The notes under the pieces: model-generated
What the model was told of the DNA's origin: nothing
Databases searched by the model: none
Seen by the model: only the letters and a program-made list of their open reading frames with translations
DNA from: Bacteroidales bacterium
GTDB taxonomy: Bacteria; Bacteroidota; Bacteroidia; Bacteroidales; UBA932
Length of the DNA stretch: 64,000 bases
Assembly: GCA_017630215.1 (NCBI GenBank)
Contig: JAGBVR010000005.1
Coordinates: forward strand, 34,254-98,253
Direction: 5' to 3'
Shown here: positions 58,939-64,000 of the stretch, in pieces
How the letters are laid out: every line of letters begins with the position of its first letter
Position numbering within the stretch: the stretch's first letter is position 1
Made by a program: the position numbers and the translations under genes

Positions 58939-59574
58939 CTATATCCAAAGTCTTGGATTTGGGCATTGTCGGCGCCAATCTCTTAATGTAGATTTACTCA
59001 CCCTTTCAAATACCACCATAAAAACATATGGATTTCTTCCTTCAGCTACCCACTCCTTGCCATCAACACATACCATCACATCATCAGAAAGGAAAACAAG
59101 TTTTCCATTATGAGCAACAAACCAGCAGGCATCAAGGGAAATGGAATTGTCATTTTCATCATATGCAAAATCAAGGTCTTCGTACCTTCCTTCAAGAAGA
59201 CCATACTGAATCAACTGATTCTCGCCGAAACCCTTGACTTCAAAGCAATCATGGAGAGTCTGTTCATTGATCAGCGGCAGATCATCCTTCAACTCCCACA
59301 CCCTTGCCACATCTTTGTTCTTATCCAATTCATAGACAGCAACACTTTTCCAACCATTACCGATCACATACTTCTCCACCTCCGATTTCGATATGCTTTT
59401 CACTGCTGATACTTCAAGATATTCATAACCATCAGCATCTATTTCAGTAAGATTGAAATTTTCTGTGAATGGCTCAAACTGTTTCCAATCTCTTTCGAGT
59501 TTTTCTGTGCAGGATGCCGATACCAGTATTGCCAACGATATCACCACCGTTCTAATGTCAGTGAATTTATGCAT
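58939..59574 (-). CDS. Hypothetical lipoprotein
   Basis: Lipobox SASC after a hydrophobic stretch; likely start MHKFTD. Confidence 0.65.
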   Translation of the reverse strand: MHKFTDIRTVVISLAILVSASCTEKLERDWKQFEPFTENFNLTEIDADGYEYLEVSAVKSISKSEVEKYVIGNGWKSVAVYELDKNKDVARVWELKDDLPLINEQTLHDCFEVKGFGENQLIQYGLLEGRYEDLDFAYDENDNSISLDACWFVAHNGKLVFLSDDVMVCVDGKEWVAEGRNPYVFMVVFERVSKSTLRDWRRQCPNPRLWI

Positions 59575-59920
59575 TTTATTACTCTTTATCCCTTTCCTTA
59601 CATATATCATAACACCTACCAATAAAAGTATAGACAATATATCCCTCCCCCAACATTCAATTTTTTTTCACGTTGAAAATCGTCAACCATATCAATCACT
59701 TTACATACTGTGCCGGAATTGTACAGACGTTCATAACAATGAGAAGTTTCCTGCTGAGGATCTTAGCCATAATTTAGTATAACCTCAGCAAAAGTATGCA
59801 TTAATTTTCGAAGCACCAAGAACACTTATTTTCTCCACCTTTGCAATATGGCGAACTCTTTTCATAAATTTGCTATGTAACATATGCACATCACGAAAAT
59901 AGAAAAAGTGTGGATTATAA

Positions 59921-60301
59921 TCCACAGTCGGCTATCGGGATACATTTGACGAAACACTGCTGGAAATAATCACTATCAACGACCCAATTACGGACGAGGA
60001 GTATATCGTTGGGTTGAGATATGATGGCAAGAAAATGATTGGCGGAACAGATGGACTATCGTTCAGAGAGCCTGCAAGCGACAAATCTATGTTTATGCTT
60101 ACTGTTCCGAAAGACTATGCGGATGCTCTCGGTCTTGGAGAGAATAGAAAACTGGATAACCTATTGAGATTTGAAGATTTCATCAAAGAGGAGAACCAGA
60201 AAGACAGGAAGAAACCATTTAATAAGGTCAAGTCGGTGAAGGACTATATGAAAATCAGCGAAGACTACATACACTCATTCATTGATGAGCACGAACGATG
60301 A
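59921..60301 (+). pseudogene. Start-less coding fragment
   Basis: The frame of ORF 60014-60301 extends upstream (DTFDETLLEIITINDPITDEEYIVG) to a stop at about 59920 without an ATG. Confidence 0.35.
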
Positions 60302-60452
60302 GTAGAACCCGAAGAAGAGGAATAACCTCCTTTCAATACAATACAACTATCTTCATATGCAGCCGCCATTAAGGTGGCTGTTTTTTGTCGCAATATAAAA
60401 GAGTGGCATATAGTTAAACTATGTGCCACTCGATGATTTTGTATAAGTTGGA

Positions 60453-60680
60453 TTAAAATACCTTTATTCCAAGACAATACGCTACGATTCCGACAATTCC
60501 GACTGCTATTGGTACAATGGTGTAAGAGATGATGTGAATAATGGTGCCTGATTTCTCACCATATGCTTCTTTCATTTTCTCAAGTTTGCCCCAAGCCTTT
60601 GAATCTTTGCGCACTCTCAAATATATTGTGTATAAGCCATAAAGGAGTGCTAAAATACCAATTATAAGTTCTGCAATAAC
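60453..60680 (-). CDS. Small two-TM membrane protein lacking a canonical start (possibly 5'-truncated)
   Basis: Not in ORF track: VIAELIIGILALLYGLYTIYLRVRKDSKAWGKLEKMKEAYGEKSGTIIHIISYTIVPIAVGIVGIVAYCLGIKVF*. Confidence 0.55.
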   Translation of the reverse strand, partial: VIAELIIGILALLYGLYTIYLRVRKDSKAWGKLEKMKEAYGEKSGTIIHIISYTIVPIAVGIVGIVAYCLGIKVF

Positions 60681-61228
60681 TATTTGATGTTAAAATGTTC
60701 TTTATTGTTTCTTGCATATTGTGCAATTAGGGTCATATAAGGGTCGTTGCAATTATAAAACTCCTCATCGCATTCGTTCAATTCTTCAATAGGGTCTTCC
60801 TGCCCAGAATGTTCATTGTAAATCTCAATCGCCTTTTTGCAGATTTCGGCAATCTCATATGCCTTTATTGCTTCCGCCGAAGAAACAAGAATGTCATTCC
60901 AACGGGTTCCCTTATTAAAAAACAATTGGTCAAATCCTCCGTTATTTACTTCTACTGCTACTAATGCCATTGCCATAAAAACCTTTTCTTGTTCATTCAG
61001 TTTTGACAGGTCGTGTCCACAATCGCTTTTGTCGCATAAATAGTCGTATATAGAGTCAAACAACGCATCGTCATCTTGTTCCCATATATTCTCCGTTGCA
61101 TACGAAGATTGCTCGTCAATTTGTTGAGGGGTATTCTTCTTCGCAGATTTCTTTGTTAGTAATGAAATGAATGCAACTATTGCTATGGCAACTATTGCAA
61201 TAAGTTTAATATTGTGATATGCGCTCAT
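60680..61228 (-). CDS. DUF4375/DMP19-like acidic protein with N-terminal TM
   Basis: EVNNGGFDQLFFN motif, acidic C-terminus ELNECDEEFY. Confidence 0.75.
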   Translation of the reverse strand: MSAYHNIKLIAIVAIAIVAFISLLTKKSAKKNTPQQIDEQSSYATENIWEQDDDALFDSIYDYLCDKSDCGHDLSKLNEQEKVFMAMALVAVEVNNGGFDQLFFNKGTRWNDILVSSAEAIKAYEIAEICKKAIEIYNEHSGQEDPIEELNECDEEFYNCNDPYMTLIAQYARNNKEHFNIK

Positions 61229-61641
61229 ATTAGAATGGCTATAAGTTTTCTGGTTAGTGGTAAATCCCGATTCTTGACACCAAATATACAAAATATATTT
61301 ATTCTACTATGTTGCCAAACAAGGGATTCTTTGATATATTTCGGAGTCATTTAAGAATGAGAAATTGAGAAGAAGTATTCAAGAGGGGAAAAGGCGTATT
61401 GGTGAAATAATAATAATAATTATTATTATGACTATCAATAGTTTAGGTGGGTGTAAATGTGGGGATTTTGTGTGCATTTTTGCTATAAAAAAGTTGCACC
61501 GAAGTGAGACCAATAGGATAGTATGAGATAATTGAGAAGGTGAAAAGCAGATTTTATATCCCAATATCTCATTGTAGAAGTGTATTATAGACGGTATTAA
61601 GCACATATGAAAGGGGTGAGAATATTGAAAAATAGTATCCT

Positions 61642-61703
61642 AATCCCTCACTCTCCTCTGAATAAAGCCTACAAGTAATTGAGTTTCATCTTGTAGGCTT
61701 TTT
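61642..61703 (+). mobile_element. Putative att site: tRNA-Ser-like 3' fragment plus terminator hairpin
   Basis: AATCCCTCACTCTCC resembles a T-arm/acceptor 3' end without the rest of a tRNA; followed by AAAGCCTACAAG...CTTGTAGGCTTTTT; flanking TGCACC repeats. Confidence 0.5.
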
Positions 61704-61955
61704 CTGTGCCCAAAAAGTTGCACCAAAAATGCACCAAACCCCGTTTCTACGCACTTCTACGGGTGTTTTTTCAAATCCCATATATCCCATACTTCTCATC
61801 CTGTTTTCTCGCTCTGCTTGACAGCACGAGATGTGGCGTGTAATTTTTCTGCCATTTCAGTCAAAAAGATGCACGAAAAAAGGGAACCACCTATGTAGTT
61901 CCCGTAATTCAAGAGAATTAATTTGGTTGTATATGACATTTTCTTATAAATGTAA

Positions 61956-62849
61956 TTATCTATATGAAATACGATACTCTGTGCGATAACGCGGACAAGA
62001 CGTGTCTGTGACATAAGAAATCTTTTCAATTACATTTCCGTATGCGTCGCACTTATAAGTCCAAGAGTCTGTTGTTTCTGTACGGGAATCTTTTGAATAC
62101 TTTAAGAACATTTCGGGAATCGGTGATTTTGATTCTCTTGAATATAGGAAACCATTCTCATCATAAAAATATGTTTCAGTGCTTCGAAGCTCCATTTCAT
62201 CAAATCTATTTGAACAATATAATGTTTCCTGTATTATATTCCCGCCTGCATCATATGTCCTGTTCATTTTTGAAAAGAGCCTGCCTTCATAATATTCCTC
62301 AATATAAATGACATTCATATCGGCATCATAGACGTAAATCACCAAATCATTTCCTTTGATATGTTTCTCGGTTGTGAGATGGCCCTGCGAGTCATAGATG
62401 AATTCTTCTGTATGTAATAACGCTCCCTTATCATTATATTCTTCACCTCTGGTTTTCTGCCAATCATCATTATAGGTATAATGAGTTTCGTATATGAGGT
62501 CACCGAATCCCGTGTCAACGATTTCACGGATTATAGTGTTATATCCCGAATCATTATAAAGAAAATACAGTTCAGTCGGAAGGACTACGTCTGTATAAGT
62601 TAAATCTTCATACGGATATATATAAGTCACATCACCGTTTTGATTGAATTTTATAAGCGTAGTATCTGTCGGATATTCTTTTCCGTTATCAGTATTGATT
62701 GTGAAGCCAAGGATTTCAATCTGTTCAACATCGCCTTTTAATGGAAATGTGTAGTCTGTAAATCTTAGACCATTACGATGAGGCGTATCCTCTGACTTTG
62801 ATATAGAACAGAGAAGGACTGACATAAGGATTAGAAATAATCGTTTCAT
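61956..62849 (-). CDS. Exported protein with YD/RHS-like repeats
   Basis: Signal peptide, LKGDVEQI motif, repeated YD..GN motifs. Confidence 0.75.
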   Translation of the reverse strand: MKRLFLILMSVLLCSISKSEDTPHRNGLRFTDYTFPLKGDVEQIEILGFTINTDNGKEYPTDTTLIKFNQNGDVTYIYPYEDLTYTDVVLPTELYFLYNDSGYNTIIREIVDTGFGDLIYETHYTYNDDWQKTRGEEYNDKGALLHTEEFIYDSQGHLTTEKHIKGNDLVIYVYDADMNVIYIEEYYEGRLFSKMNRTYDAGGNIIQETLYCSNRFDEMELRSTETYFYDENGFLYSRESKSPIPEMFLKYSKDSRTETTDSWTYKCDAYGNVIEKISYVTDTSCPRYRTEYRISYR

Positions 62850-63122
62850 AGTCTCGCTGATTAACGTTCACAAATGTAAGATATTTTACCCACCTTGGCA
62901 ATAGAGTGATGAGGTGAGTTGATAGATAACCAAGCCTTGTAAACGTTTAAATTACAGCAACTTGATCAACCTCGACCTGTACAATTTTCATACCTGAATA
63001 TAGGACAGTTTTTTGTAAAAATTTTACCTATTACCTTGACTTTTTCTCAGTTAGACTATATTTATTATAGAGACTGCATTGACTATGTAGGGTATCTAAA
63101 TTTGGTAGTAATGCTTCTGAGA

Positions 63123-64000
63123 TTATTCTGCATTTAACTCTTGTATTGCAGTTCGAGCAATTTCAGCAAAATACTCATCGTTACCATCTGCTACGATATG
63201 GTAATATTTAAGGGCATTTTCCTTATCTCCTTGTTTCTCATAAAGATTTGCAATGTTATTTGTAATCAACATATCCTCAGGAGTAAGTTCTCTTGCTTTA
63301 AGGAACCATTCAAGAGCATTCTTTGGGTCATCAGCATAGAACCTTAAAGTCCCTTTGTCACACAGGAATATTGCCTCATCAGGATATAACTGAATACAAG
63401 TATCAATCATCTTTTCTGCGGAAATGATGTCATTTGAATTGATTAACTGCGAAAGATAGTCTTGAATGCAGTCTCTAAGATATGATATACCATCAGTCTC
63501 AATAGGAATATCTAATGTTCCTATCCACTTATTATTATTCTTGATGGAATGTTCTAACGCTGATTGTATTTCTTGTACTGCCAGAGAATATTCGTGCACA
63601 TAAAGATGTATGGTTACCTTTCCTAATCTCAAATCAATTCTATCAGGATTCTTGCTGATTCCTTCTGCAAGTATCTCTTTTGCAGAATCTAATTTTACGG
63701 AGTCTATTTGAAGTTCGGAGAACATATACGACTTGACTCCTAATGAATCTTCTACTACATAACACTCTCTTCCATCAGTAGGTTCTGTATCAGACATTAC
63801 AATCACATCATCAACTGCATTCTGAAAATAATAATTCGCTTTTAGAGAATATATTTCTGCATCATACGGGAACAGCCTCCCCCAATCAGAAATCAGAGAG
63901 ATGATGGCGGAAGAGTCTCGTTCAGACATCGCAACCTTGAAGTTATTATATAGTTCTTCTCGGGACTGAGCCAGAACAGAACAAGCGAAGAGAACCATAA
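63123..64000 (-). CDS. TPR-repeat exported protein (5' end likely beyond window)
   Basis: PDRIDLRLG and C-terminal TPR helices; signal-peptide tail at the window edge. Confidence 0.75.
   Translation of the reverse strand, partial: MVLFACSVLAQSREELYNNFKVAMSERDSSAIISLISDWGRLFPYDAEIYSLKANYYFQNAVDDVIVMSDTEPTDGRECYVVEDSLGVKSYMFSELQIDSVKLDSAKEILAEGISKNPDRIDLRLGKVTIHLYVHEYSLAVQEIQSALEHSIKNNNKWIGTLDIPIETDGISYLRDCIQDYLSQLINSNDIISAEKMIDTCIQLYPDEAIFLCDKGTLRFYADDPKNALEWFLKARELTPEDMLITNNIANLYEKQGDKENALKYYHIVADGNDEYFAEIARTAIQELNAE

Noticed and set aside
61405-61429. (AAT)n/(TAT)n microsatellite palindrome and ORF 61379-61606
   Set aside because: Low-complexity AT-rich sequence; the poly-Ile ORF is an artefact.
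61642-61656. Intact tRNA gene
   Set aside because: Only a 3' fragment is present; no D-arm or anticodon arm upstream and no GGTTCG.

Overview
Bacteroidales chromosomal window, inferred from SusC/SusD loci and TAnnTTTG promoters. From left to right: (1) a beta-mannan utilization locus, 1-21237 (GPH transporter, GH130 phosphorylase, tandem GH26-GH26, BACON-GH5, Ig-GH26, two surface glycan-binding proteins, SusD, SusC, GH5-CE7 fusion, AraC regulator, divergent 2-epimerase), followed by GH43 and GH115; (2) an accessory patch, 25.7-30.7 kb, with a lipase-like lipoprotein and a fimbrillin/Ig/Fib_succ_major lipoprotein whose 3' end has the signature of a diversity-generating retroelement (DGR) variable region, although no RT or template repeat is in the window; it is preceded by an unannotated 38-aa peptide and surrounded by structured repeats; (3) rmuC-ybaK; (4) a dextran/alpha-glucan PUL (DUF6377 regulator, SusC/D/E, GH66, GH31) that also carries a CotH-family kinase, a debranching-type hydrolase, GH125 and a secreted PHP phosphoesterase; (5) a TonB receptor preceded by a His-rich RGPP-ending small ORF, and Na/Pi and Ca/Na transporters; (6) an AT-rich accessory end with a tRNA-Ser-like att remnant. 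A family of TGTCAT-tagged palindromes shows the same polar tandem expansion at five separate loci. All product calls come from motif recognition by eye; no database search was run.
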